Below, piece by piece: positions 1 to 7,751 of a stretch of DNA of 25,514 bases. Position numbers and translations under genes: made by a program. Origin of the DNA: Prevotellaceae bacterium (lineage in GTDB: Bacteria > Bacteroidota > Bacteroidia > Bacteroidales > UBA932). The notes beneath the pieces are model-generated. The model was not told where the DNA came from and ran no database searches. It saw nothing but the letters and a program-made list of their open reading frames with translations. The stretch covers positions 1 to 25,514 of the forward strand of contig JAITMY010000046.1 in assembly GCA_031290755.1 (NCBI GenBank), given 5' to 3'. Numbering within the stretch: the stretch's first letter is position 1; every line of letters starts with the position of its first letter.

Positions 1-760
1 CCGTTTTCAGGGCGTTGAGGCGGCGGTAGGGCAGCATGTCCCGCGCCTCGTCGAGCAGGCCCTGCGCCATCATCTGGTCAACGCGGGCGTTGATGCGCTC
101 GTAGAGCGCAGGCCTGCTGCGGCTGAGCACAACGAGGCGCAGGCCGAAGCTGCGGGGCTTGGCCTCGGCGCGGCGGATTTGCGAAAAGGGCCTGCCCGCG
201 GCGAGGCACACCTCCAAGGCGCGGAGCACCCGCGCGGGGTTCTTCAGGTCCACCTCGCGGTAGTAGTCGGGGTCTAACACCCGCAGCTCGCGGCGCAGGC
301 GGTCGAGGCCCTCGCCGGCGAGGCGCTGCGCGAGGTGGGCGCGGAGCGCCTCGTCCACCTCCGGCATCTCGCCGAGGCCGTAGCACACCGCGTCGATGTA
401 CAGCCCCGAGCCGCCCACCATGAGCAGCGTGTCGTGCTCCGCAAAGAGCTGCCCGAGCAGCGCCCCGGCCTCGCGCGCGTACTGCCCCACGGAGTAGGAG
501 TCCTGCACCGAGCGGCTTGCGATGAAGTGGTGGGGGACGGCGGCCAGCTGCTCGTCCGAGGGTCTGGCCACGCCGATGCGCAGCTCGCGGTACAGCTGCC
601 GCGAGTCGCACGACACAATGGGCGCCCCGGCCTGCTTCGCCAGCGCGAGGCTGTAGTCGGTTTTGCCCACGCCCGTGGCGCCCATCAGCACCAGCAGGGT
701 TTTGGGCGGGGGCGCGGCGCGGCTCGCCTCAGTCTGAGGAGGAGGAGTAGAGGTTGACAT
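1..760 (-). CDS. miaA: tRNA dimethylallyltransferase (3' end runs off the window)
   Basis: Not in the ORF track; hand translation from ATG at 760-758 gives MSTSTPPPQTEASRAAPPPKTLLVLMGATGVGKTDY...IVSCDSRQLYRELRIGVARP...VPHHFI...MVGGSGLYIDA...DLKNPARVLRALEV...LYERINARVDQMM. These are the P-loop, DSxQ and GGSGLY motifs of MiaA. The exact start is uncertain; the 760 start overlaps the upstream gene by 32 nt. Confidence 0.95.
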   Translation of the reverse strand, partial: MSTSTPPPQTEASRAAPPPKTLLVLMGATGVGKTDYSLALAKQAGAPIVSCDSRQLYRELRIGVARPSDEQLAAVPHHFIASRSVQDSYSVGQYAREAGALLGQLFAEHDTLLMVGGSGLYIDAVCYGLGEMPEVDEALRAHLAQRLAGEGLDRLRRELRVLDPDYYREVDLKNPARVLRALEVCLAAGRPFSQIRRAEAKPRSFGLRLVVLSRSRPALYERINARVDQMMAQGLLDEARDMLPYRRLNALKT

Positions 761-1205
761 CGACGTCGGGCATTGCCTGGTCAAAGATGGCGGACATGGC
801 GTGGTTGGCCTTTCCGACCTGCACGGGCGGCTCGCCGCTTTCGGCGGCGAGCCGGGGGTAGCGGGCGCGGGGCGCGGCCTCCAGCAGCTCCAGCAGCTCG
901 ACCCTGAAGCTGCGGCCGCAGAGCACGTCGAAGAGGTAGAGCAGGCGGTGGTGGCCGGCCCGCACGAGGCTGCCGATGCTGACCTCGTCCATCAGCTCGG
1001 CCTCGTCTATGTCCATGAGCGCAAACTTGCGCTGCGGCGCCCACTGCTTGTCGGCGGTGAAGAACAGCACCGGCTGCGCCTCGTCGTAGTCCAAATCGCG
1101 CTGGATGTAGCGGTGAAAGTCGTAGAGCGTTTGCTCGGCGCTCACGTCGTACTCGCGCTTAAACCCGGCAGCGTCCGGGAAGGTCATCGTAAATCGGGAA
1201 ATCAT
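729..1205 (-). CDS. Plasmid pRiA4b ORF-3-like / IS1096 TnpR-like family protein
   Basis: MISRFTMTFPD...FKREYDV...TLYDFHRYIQRDLDY...FFTADKQW...LLYLFDVLCGRSFRVEL matches the pattern of the conserved Bacteroidota chromosomal gene usually found just before miaA (recognition from memory). Confidence 0.7.
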   Translation of the reverse strand: MISRFTMTFPDAAGFKREYDVSAEQTLYDFHRYIQRDLDYDEAQPVLFFTADKQWAPQRKFALMDIDEAELMDEVSIGSLVRAGHHRLLYLFDVLCGRSFRVELLELLEAAPRARYPRLAAESGEPPVQVGKANHAMSAIFDQAMPDVDVNLYSSSSD

Positions 1206-1230
1206 AGCGTTTTCGTGTATTGTGTTGGCG

Positions 1231-1238
1231 CAAAGGTA
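1231..1238 (-). promoter_or_regulatory. Bacteroidota sigma-A -7 box TACCTTTG
   Basis: CAAAGGTA on the + strand, 26 nt upstream of the 1205 ATG. Confidence 0.7.
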
Positions 1239-1268
1239 GGAAATATTTTACAAACGGCCAAGCGCACG

Positions 1269-2363
1269 TCAGAGCGAGCGCAGGAATTGGATGGTGTCCA
1301 CCCCGTCGGGGTAGTCGCGCAGGCCGGGGCGCTGGGTTGCGCCGAGGGGCACGCAGCAGCCGGCGAGGCCTTCTATGGGCGCGGCGGTGGCAATGCACTG
1401 TAGCTCGCCGCGGCAGCCGAGCAGGAGGCTTTGCAGCTCGCTGGGCGCGGCGTAGGCTTGCAAGAACAGCGCCCCCACGGGCGGGTGCAGCTCGCTGCTG
1501 GGCGTGGCCACGCAGCTGCCAAAGTCGAAGTAGGGCTGCCGGCGCATTTGCAGCAGCGCCTGCGCGTAGCGGCAGCAGCTGCTGTAGGGCGCGTGGCTGC
1601 GGAGGGCGGACAGCAGGGCGAAGCTGCGCTGTAGCCGCGCCGTGTCGTAGCCCTGCGGCAGGAACACCTTGCCCACGCTGCGGCAGCCCAGCCCGAAGTA
1701 GTCGAGCGCATCGTGCGCCAGCGCCAGCAGCTCCTCGTCGCTCTCTCCGCCGGTCAGCACGGCAACGCCGGTGCGGCTTCGGCGGAAGAGGTGGGGCAGC
1801 TGCCCGTAGCGCAGGGCAAAGTAGCGCTCCGTGTTGTTGCCCCCGCTGGCAATCACGGCGTCCACCCCGCCCAGCTCGCTGGCAAAGGCCACCCGCGAGG
1901 CAAACCGGTAGTCGATTTGGCACAGGTACTTGGCCAGCACGGGCAGCAGGGCGGCATCCTTGCTCGAGAGCTTGACCACCGCCCGGTGCCCCACGGCGAG
2001 CACGCACAGCAGGTCGTGGAAGCCCACCAGCGGGATGTTGCCGGCCATGACGATGCCCACGCTTTTGGGCGCCTTGCCTGCGGGCAGGTCGTAGCGCAGC
2101 AGCCACTCTTGCAGGCGCTCCGGCGCGAGCATGTCCGCCGCAATAGCCTCCAGCGACAGGCGGATGCTGTGGTCGGTGAACCACACGTTTTGCGCCGTAC
2201 TTTGCGCGATGGCGCCCAGAAAATCCTGCCTGATTTTCTGGGTAAGCCCCAGCCGCTGCAAAAAGCCGCTGACCAGAAACCCTAAGTGGGCGCAGGCGTG
2301 GAGGTAGCTGTCGTGGTAAGGCTGCATGGTAGTAAGGGGGTTTACGGAAACATTGCGAGGCAT
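1269..2363 (-). CDS. Acyl-CoA reductase (LuxC-like, aldehyde dehydrogenase fold), Bacteroidota type
   Basis: GIVMAGNIPLVGFHDLLCVL, VKLSSKD, DAVIASGGNNTERYF, FGLGCRSVGKVFLP, PGLRDYPDGVDTIQFL. The real start may be the ATG at 2327 (MQPYHDSY), because 2363 abuts the hup terminator. Confidence 0.85.
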   Translation of the reverse strand: MPRNVSVNPLTTMQPYHDSYLHACAHLGFLVSGFLQRLGLTQKIRQDFLGAIAQSTAQNVWFTDHSIRLSLEAIAADMLAPERLQEWLLRYDLPAGKAPKSVGIVMAGNIPLVGFHDLLCVLAVGHRAVVKLSSKDAALLPVLAKYLCQIDYRFASRVAFASELGGVDAVIASGGNNTERYFALRYGQLPHLFRRSRTGVAVLTGGESDEELLALAHDALDYFGLGCRSVGKVFLPQGYDTARLQRSFALLSALRSHAPYSSCCRYAQALLQMRRQPYFDFGSCVATPSSELHPPVGALFLQAYAAPSELQSLLLGCRGELQCIATAAPIEGLAGCCVPLGATQRPGLRDYPDGVDTIQFLRSL

Positions 2364-2397
2364 AAAAAAAGGGAAATCCGCGAGGACATCCCTTTTT
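2364..2397 (-). terminator. Intrinsic terminator after hup
   Basis: Minus strand AAAAAGGGA-TGTCCTCGCGGATT-TCCC-TTTTTTT: an inverted repeat followed by T7. Confidence 0.75.
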
Positions 2398-2424
2398 CAC
2401 AGGCGCTAAAGCCTTCGCCCTTTC

Positions 2425-2688
2425 TTAGAAGGAAAGTGCGCTGCTGGCTTTAAACTTCACCACCTTCTTTGCCTTAATCTTCAGCGCTTCACCCGTGCGA
2501 GGGTTGCGACCGGTGCGGGCGCTACGCTGCGAAAGGCTAAAAGTACCAAACCCTACAAGAGCAACCTTATCGTTTTTCTTGACAGTTTTTGCTACCGTTT
2601 CTGTTAAGGCCTCCAATACGCGCTTGGCGTCAGCCTTCGTTACTTCTGCCTTGTCGGCAATTGCATCAATCAGCTCACCTTTGTTCAT
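2425..2688 (-). CDS. hup: Nucleoid-associated protein HU
   Basis: MNKGELIDAIA...VALVGFGTFS...ARTGRNPRTGEALKIKAKKVVKFKAS: canonical HU signature. Confidence 0.97.
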   Translation of the reverse strand: MNKGELIDAIADKAEVTKADAKRVLEALTETVAKTVKKNDKVALVGFGTFSLSQRSARTGRNPRTGEALKIKAKKVVKFKASSALSF

Positions 2689-2889
2689 AATTTTTTGTTT
2701 TTTTAAAGGTTTAAAAACATAAGAATAAAGTTTAATGCTGCGAAGATATACGTGTTCATTGATATTTCCAAATCTTTTCGCCTCTTTTTTTCAGATTTTT
2801 CGGTGATTTTTGAAATGTTTTTTTTGCGGGAATATAAAATGCTGTTTTTGAACATGTTATTTTTTCGCTGGGAAGCTAAAAATGCGGCC

Positions 2890-3597
2890 TTACGGCGCGG
2901 CTATGTACGCTACGGCTGTCAGGTAGGCTTCGCCGCAGGCGCCGGTGTAGGCGTCGGCGTGGAAGCGAAGGCGGCTTGCCCCCACCTGCACCTCGCCCTG
3001 ACGGGCGTGCTCAACGTCGGGCACCTCAATGGCCTTGGTGTCGGCGTAAAAGCCTACGCCCAGCGCCTTTACGATGCTTTCCTTCAGCGTCCACAGCTTG
3101 GTGAAGAGGCGGCGGCGCTCCGCCTCGACGGGCTGCCGCAGCAGGAGGGCTACCTCTGCCTCGTGGAAGACCCTGCCGGCGATGGCCACCAGCTGCTCCC
3201 CGCGCAGCGACACCATGCGCTCGATGTCCACGCCCAGCGGGCGCTCGGAGAAGCCTACCATGACGGCTCCGGCGCTGTGCGACACGTTGAAGTGGCGCTC
3301 GGGGTAGCGCTCCAGAAAGGGCTTCTGGTGCTCGCCAAAGGCGATTTTGGCGTCGTGGGGGAGGCCGCGCCTTGCCAGCTCTTCCCGCAAAATGCTGCGC
3401 GAGCAGAGGAACATTTCCCGGCTGCCGGGCTGCCGGTAGCGGCGGTAGGTTTCCTGCTCGTCGGGCGGCAGCCTGCTCAGCAGCTCGGCTGCCGTTGCCT
3501 CGTCAACCCCCGCCGCCGCTGCCGCGTAGCAGCAGGTGGCGCCGTTGTCGAAGACTTTTTCTTTCCGGTAGGGCAGGGCAGGCATCGCGCTGGGCAT
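2890..3597 (-). CDS. 4'-phosphopantetheinyl transferase (Sfp type)
   Basis: GEHQKPFL, HFNVSHSAG, LGVDIE, FTKLWTLKESIVKALGVG motifs. Confidence 0.93.
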   Translation of the reverse strand: MPSAMPALPYRKEKVFDNGATCCYAAAAAGVDEATAAELLSRLPPDEQETYRRYRQPGSREMFLCSRSILREELARRGLPHDAKIAFGEHQKPFLERYPERHFNVSHSAGAVMVGFSERPLGVDIERMVSLRGEQLVAIAGRVFHEAEVALLLRQPVEAERRRLFTKLWTLKESIVKALGVGFYADTKAIEVPDVEHARQGEVQVGASRLRFHADAYTGACGEAYLTAVAYIAAP

Positions 3598-3600
3598 CGG

Positions 3601-6168
3601 CTAAATTTCGAACATCACCCGGAGCACCACGGCGAAGTTGGCGAAGGCGTAGGGGGGCTTGCCGCTCCCGTCGAGGGGCACCCGCCAGCAGCCGCCAATG
3701 CTGAAGAGCTGAAAAATGTTTTTCAGGCCGGCGTAGGCCTCCACGTAGGGGACGGGCGAGCGGAGCGTGTGCAGGTAGTCGGGCATGTCGAGCGCACGGC
3801 TGTGCCGCTCCTTGTTCAGCGTGCCGTACAGCAGCTTGAAGCCCAGCAGCTCCTTGATGTTGAGCCGCTCTACGAGGGGAATTTTGTTAAACAGCAGCCC
3901 GTTGAGGTTGTACTCCACGAGGCAGGAGGCGTAGAGGTCGCTCGCCACGGTGAGGTTGTAGAGGAGGTTGAACTTGTAGCGTGCCAGCAGGTTCGACTCG
4001 TTGCTGCGGTGCCACTCGAGCGCGGGGAAGGGCACCGCGCCCACGATAGCCCCCGCCTCGAGCATGTAGAGCAGCTGCGTGGTGCCGAAGGTGAGGTGCT
4101 GCTTCACGGCGAGGTGCGCCTTCCCGTAGAAGCTGCCGCTGCCGTTGCCGTCCAGCGCGTAGCGCCCCAGCGTGAGGCTGGGGCTGAGGATGGGCAGGTT
4201 GCCGTTGCCGAGGTAAACGCGGTGGCCGAAGAAGTCGGAGCGGCGCTCGCTGTTGGACGAGATGCGCAGCCCCAGCGACGCCTCCTGCTGGCTGAACGCG
4301 CCCACCGGCGCCCCGCCGCGCGTGAAGGGCACGTAGGGGCCGGCCATGAAGTCGTAGGCGCTGACCCGCAGCGTGGAGGATAGCCAGCGCCGCCACTCCC
4401 TCTCGTGCGACAGGAACCCGCCGCGGCACATGGCGTAGCGGTAGTCCGTGCGCACGGCGAAGGCCGCCCGCCAAAACACGTCGTCGTCCAGCCCGATGGC
4501 GTTTTCGCGCAGCAGGGCTAAGTGGGTCAGGTTGTTGCCCACGCGGTAGGTGTCGTACTTTCCCTCGGCGCTCAGCACCTCGCGGCGGCGGGTTTTGCGC
4601 TTCCAGCTGAGGTTGAGCATCCCCTTGAAGCGCTGGTCGCAGGTGCCGTAGCCCACCATGCCGCTGGCGCAGAGCTGGGGGTGCAGCCGTGCGCTGGTGC
4701 GCAGGGCGAGGTTCAGCCGCAGCCCCTCCAGCCCGTTCAGCTTCACCATGTGGGTGTAAGGCCCGATGTCCACCTTGTCGAGGCTGTAGCAGCCGCCGCC
4801 CAGCACCTCCCCCAGGCGGTTGAGGGCTACAATCCACAGCTTGCGGTTGAGGTTGTTGAGGGCGGTTGCCGCCTGCGCCTCCACGCCCGAAAGGCTGTCG
4901 GGGTGCAGGGGGTGAGGCGAGACCCCTGCGGCGGTTCGCGCTTGCAGGTAGTCGGGCACGTTTTCCATTGCCTCCACCTCGGCGGTGGACGGGTTGAGCC
5001 TCACGTTGGAGTAGCGGTTGCTGATGGTGAAGCCCGCGGCGGCGTGCCGGATGGTGTCCATGAACTTCCAGAGGTGAAAGTCCATGTCTATCTCGTTGGT
5101 GGCCACGAAGGGCGTGGCGCTGTCGGGCAGCGTGTAGGTGAAGTCGAGCGTGCAGCGGATTACGTAGGGCACGTTGGACTTGGGCGAGAGGCGCGCCGCT
5201 ATTTTTTTGAGCGCAAAGAGGGAGTCGTACACCGTAAGCTCGCCGTAGAAGGCCGCATCGCGGGGGTTTTTGGGGGCAAACCTGATGCGGTACTCGCGCA
5301 GCCCCAGCGTGGGGTCGTACACCGTATCGTGCAGCAGGCGGTAGGTGTAGTAGCTCAGCCCCAGCGACGAGATGGGGCTAACCAGCGGGGTGTGCCCGAT
5401 GACGATGTTGTCGTCGTACACGTTCACCTCTTGGCTGAAGAACTGCATGTAGTCGGAAAATATTTCGGCGTCCAGCACCGGCATGGCCACGCTGTTCGAG
5501 TCCAGCACCACCTCCGTGCTTATGCGCGGGCTGCGGTTGTAGCCTATGGTTTTCCACCGCTCGCTGAACATCAGGGGGAGGGTGTAGCGCTTCACCGAGT
5601 CGGGCTGCGCTACGATAGCATCTTGCAGCATGTTCAACATGCCGCGCTTGGCGAGGAAGGCGCTGTCGATGTTGCGCAGCTGCACGAAGGTTTTTTGGTA
5701 CACGTCGGCGGTGTACGAGGCCAAGTTGCCGGGGTTGTTCCTTTTCTTGTGGGCAATGATGCTGCGGATGATGGGGTGCGCGGGGTTTTCGCCCGGCCTC
5801 ACCACTACCTCCGCCAGCGCCGTCGTTTGCTCCTCCATGCTGACGGTTACCAGCTCCCGCGGCGCCTTGTCCAGCACCACCTCTTTGGTGGCGTAGCCCA
5901 GCACCATGACCATAATCGTGGCCGGAAACTTGTAGGCAGGCACGGACAGCGCAAAGTAGCCGCTGTCGTTGGTCATCGCGCTCCTTTGTATCCCCGACGC
6001 CTTGAGGAGCACGCTGGCGTAGGGCACGGGCAGGCCGCTGGAGGCCTCCAGCACCTGCCCGCGCACTTTTTTCATCAGCCGCTGGGCAGGGGCGGCAGCG
6101 CTGCCGCTAAGCAGCACGAGCAGCAGCAGGGCAATGCAGCGAATATTTTGACGGAAAATAGGTAACAC
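3601..6168 (-). CDS. Outer-membrane protein with N-terminal carboxypeptidase-regulatory-like domain and DUF5686-like barrel
   Basis: Signal peptide; VRGQVLEASSGLPVPYASV...TNDSGYF...LAEVVVRPGENPAHPIIRSII; PLVSPIS...YYTYRL; F(Y)GELTV; C-terminal PYVEAYAGLKNIF and a terminal aromatic beta-strand (VMFEI). Architecture recognised from Bacteroidota DUF5686 proteins. Confidence 0.8.
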   Translation of the reverse strand: MLPIFRQNIRCIALLLLVLLSGSAAAPAQRLMKKVRGQVLEASSGLPVPYASVLLKASGIQRSAMTNDSGYFALSVPAYKFPATIMVMVLGYATKEVVLDKAPRELVTVSMEEQTTALAEVVVRPGENPAHPIIRSIIAHKKRNNPGNLASYTADVYQKTFVQLRNIDSAFLAKRGMLNMLQDAIVAQPDSVKRYTLPLMFSERWKTIGYNRSPRISTEVVLDSNSVAMPVLDAEIFSDYMQFFSQEVNVYDDNIVIGHTPLVSPISSLGLSYYTYRLLHDTVYDPTLGLREYRIRFAPKNPRDAAFYGELTVYDSLFALKKIAARLSPKSNVPYVIRCTLDFTYTLPDSATPFVATNEIDMDFHLWKFMDTIRHAAAGFTISNRYSNVRLNPSTAEVEAMENVPDYLQARTAAGVSPHPLHPDSLSGVEAQAATALNNLNRKLWIVALNRLGEVLGGGCYSLDKVDIGPYTHMVKLNGLEGLRLNLALRTSARLHPQLCASGMVGYGTCDQRFKGMLNLSWKRKTRRREVLSAEGKYDTYRVGNNLTHLALLRENAIGLDDDVFWRAAFAVRTDYRYAMCRGGFLSHEREWRRWLSSTLRVSAYDFMAGPYVPFTRGGAPVGAFSQQEASLGLRISSNSERRSDFFGHRVYLGNGNLPILSPSLTLGRYALDGNGSGSFYGKAHLAVKQHLTFGTTQLLYMLEAGAIVGAVPFPALEWHRSNESNLLARYKFNLLYNLTVASDLYASCLVEYNLNGLLFNKIPLVERLNIKELLGFKLLYGTLNKERHSRALDMPDYLHTLRSPVPYVEAYAGLKNIFQLFSIGGCWRVPLDGSGKPPYAFANFAVVLRVMFEI

Positions 6169-6184
6169 AACAAAAAAAATTACG

Positions 6185-6274
6185 CGAAAGTAGGCAATAA
6201 AACCGTAATAAAAAAATTGCCGCGAAAAAATATGCCCCGCGGGGTAGCCCGATGCGTAAAAAGTTGTACTTTCG
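6185..6274. promoter_or_regulatory. Divergent promoter pair with TACTTTCG -7-like boxes
   Basis: CGAAAGTA at 6185-6192 (TACTTTCG on minus, facing the 6168 gene) and TACTTTCG at 6267-6274 (plus, facing the 6306 ATG). Confidence 0.55.
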
Positions 6275-6305
6275 CGGCCTACGTTAACGGCTAATTTTGA
6301 TAGCG

Positions 6306-6797
6306 ATGGAAAACGGATTTATGATAGAGCTTGGCATTGCGCCTGCCGAGCGAAAAAAGCAGTACTACGCGCAGCAGTACCGCAGCATTTCGGCGCTGCT
6401 GCGCACCATTGACCCCTGCGAGGTGCGCACGGTGGGCGGCGTGCCGCAGTGCACAGGCAACCGCGCCGGCGATGCCGACGCTGACGTGGGCACGCTGTGC
6501 TGCACGGGCTGCCACCACCTGTCAGCCAAAGGGTGCAGGGTGAAGTCGCTGGGCTGCAAAATGTGGCTGTGCACTGCCGCCTTCAAAAACCTGCTCGACA
6601 AGTACCCGCAGCTCCCCACCGAAGTGCCGCAGCTGCTCAAGGAAATTCAGGAGACCAACCGCACGTGCCAGTTTTACGACATTCCGTTCCGCTCGCGGCA
6701 TTCGATGGAAGAAAATCTGGCCGGCACGCTCTACAAAGAGGGCTTCAAGGCCTCGAAAGAAGGGGCCACGCTACTTGCAAATAATAGCGCTTCCTGA
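6306..6797 (+). CDS. Hypothetical Cys-rich protein (9 Cys), probable Zn/Fe-S binding
   Basis: Coding-like GC3 bias, upstream promoter box, motif C-x10-C-x15-CC-x2-C-x7-C-x6-C-x4-C. ATG 6306 is preferred over TTG 6297. Confidence 0.7.
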   Translation: MENGFMIELGIAPAERKKQYYAQQYRSISALLRTIDPCEVRTVGGVPQCTGNRAGDADADVGTLCCTGCHHLSAKGCRVKSLGCKMWLCTAAFKNLLDKYPQLPTEVPQLLKEIQETNRTCQFYDIPFRSRHSMEENLAGTLYKEGFKASKEGATLLANNSAS

Positions 6798-7457
6798 CGC
6801 ATCGGGCAGGGGCAAAAAGGTAATATTTTCGCCCTCGCAAAATTGGCGCACCGCCTCCTTCGCGCCCCTGTACTCGCTGTTGTTGTAGTCGTGAACCAAG
6901 ATATACCCGCCCTTTTCGAGGCGGGGGTAAAAAAACTTCAGCCCTTGCAGGATAGGCTCGTATAAGTCGGCGTCCAAGTTCACGAAGCAAAACCTGTCCT
7001 CCAACCCCTCTGCCGTTTGCGGGAAAAAGCCTTTTTTGACAATGCACTTTTGGGGATACTTCATTGCTTTGAGCACCAAGTCAACGCTGGTGTTGGAAAA
7101 TTTTGCCTTCCTCGTTTCCCTTGCCGTCGAAAAGCGGTTGCTGCATTCTACGGCAACATCCTTGTCGTCGAACCCCTCAAAAGTGTCAAAAAGGTACAGC
7201 ATTTTGTCGGGAAACACATGGTTGATTTTTGAGGCAAATCCACCCCTGTAAACGCCCAGCTCCGCCACGTTCCCCGGCACCGCCTTCCTTTTGATTTCAT
7301 CGCCGCACAGGCACAGCACGGCCTGCCGCACCGTGTCCTGATGCAGGGGTAAGCCCCCCATTTTTGCCGAGTTGTACCGCAGGGAGATGAGGTAAACGCG
7401 GTGCCGCGACAAAATTTTAGCCACAACTTTGTGGGCGTAGCGCAAAATCTTTTTCAT
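6771..7457 (-). CDS. TylF/MycF (macrocin O-methyltransferase) family SAM-dependent methyltransferase
   Basis: VPGNVAELGVYRG, LYLFDTFEGF, KGFFPQT, FVNLDADLY, FYPRLEKGGYILVHDY. Confidence 0.9.
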   Translation of the reverse strand: MKKILRYAHKVVAKILSRHRVYLISLRYNSAKMGGLPLHQDTVRQAVLCLCGDEIKRKAVPGNVAELGVYRGGFASKINHVFPDKMLYLFDTFEGFDDKDVAVECSNRFSTARETRKAKFSNTSVDLVLKAMKYPQKCIVKKGFFPQTAEGLEDRFCFVNLDADLYEPILQGLKFFYPRLEKGGYILVHDYNNSEYRGAKEAVRQFCEGENITFLPLPDASGSAIICK

Positions 7458-7471
7458 GCTTTATTAGGGGT

Positions 7472-7520
7472 AAAAAATAAACCTCCTTCGCGTGCAGCCA
7501 AGCCGCAGCGCGAAGAAGGT
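7472..7520 (-). terminator. Intrinsic terminator (likely end of the dprA run)
   Basis: About 16-bp imperfect stem 7481-7520 (ACCTCCTTCGCGTGC / GCAGCGCGAAGAAGGT) followed on minus by TTATTTTTT. Confidence 0.65.
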
Positions 7521-7553
7521 TAATATGTTGCAATAAACAATAAAAAATGTTAC

Positions 7554-7563
7554 GGGGGGGGGG
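7554..7563. repeat. G10 homopolymer in AT-rich intergenic DNA
   Basis: Ten consecutive G at 7554-7563. Confidence 0.9.
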
Positions 7564-7751
7564 CAAAATTTCTATAACTCGTTAGTAGTATTGAGTTATA
7601 GGTGCTTGTAAAAATATTAAATGTCCCCATTTTGTTATGCTTAGTAAATGACAAAAAAAATTGACCGCGCGAAGGTCGGTAAAATTTTTGAAACCGGTGC
7701 GGAGAAGGAACTTTTTTTGCCAACAATATTTTTCCGTAGCCACGCCGCTCC

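Noticed and set aside
729-1205. Mobile element implied by the pRiA4b/IS1096 TnpR family label
   Set aside because: No transposase or terminal repeats; core-like GC and coupling to miaA indicate a resident chromosomal gene.
1269-2363. Bioluminescence (lux) operon
   Set aside because: Only a LuxC-like gene is present; no luxAB, luxD or luxE, and this family is widespread in non-luminous Bacteroidota.
2752-6165. Long plus-strand ORFs (543 aa, 547 aa) and similar ORFs at 7582-9069, 11946-13013, 16737-17672, 18108-19280, 19473-20699 and 20155-21261
   Set aside because: They are antisense or alternative-frame shadows of well-supported genes, expected in GC-rich DNA with strong GC3 bias. Their translations are Arg/Ala/Gly/Val-rich with no motifs.
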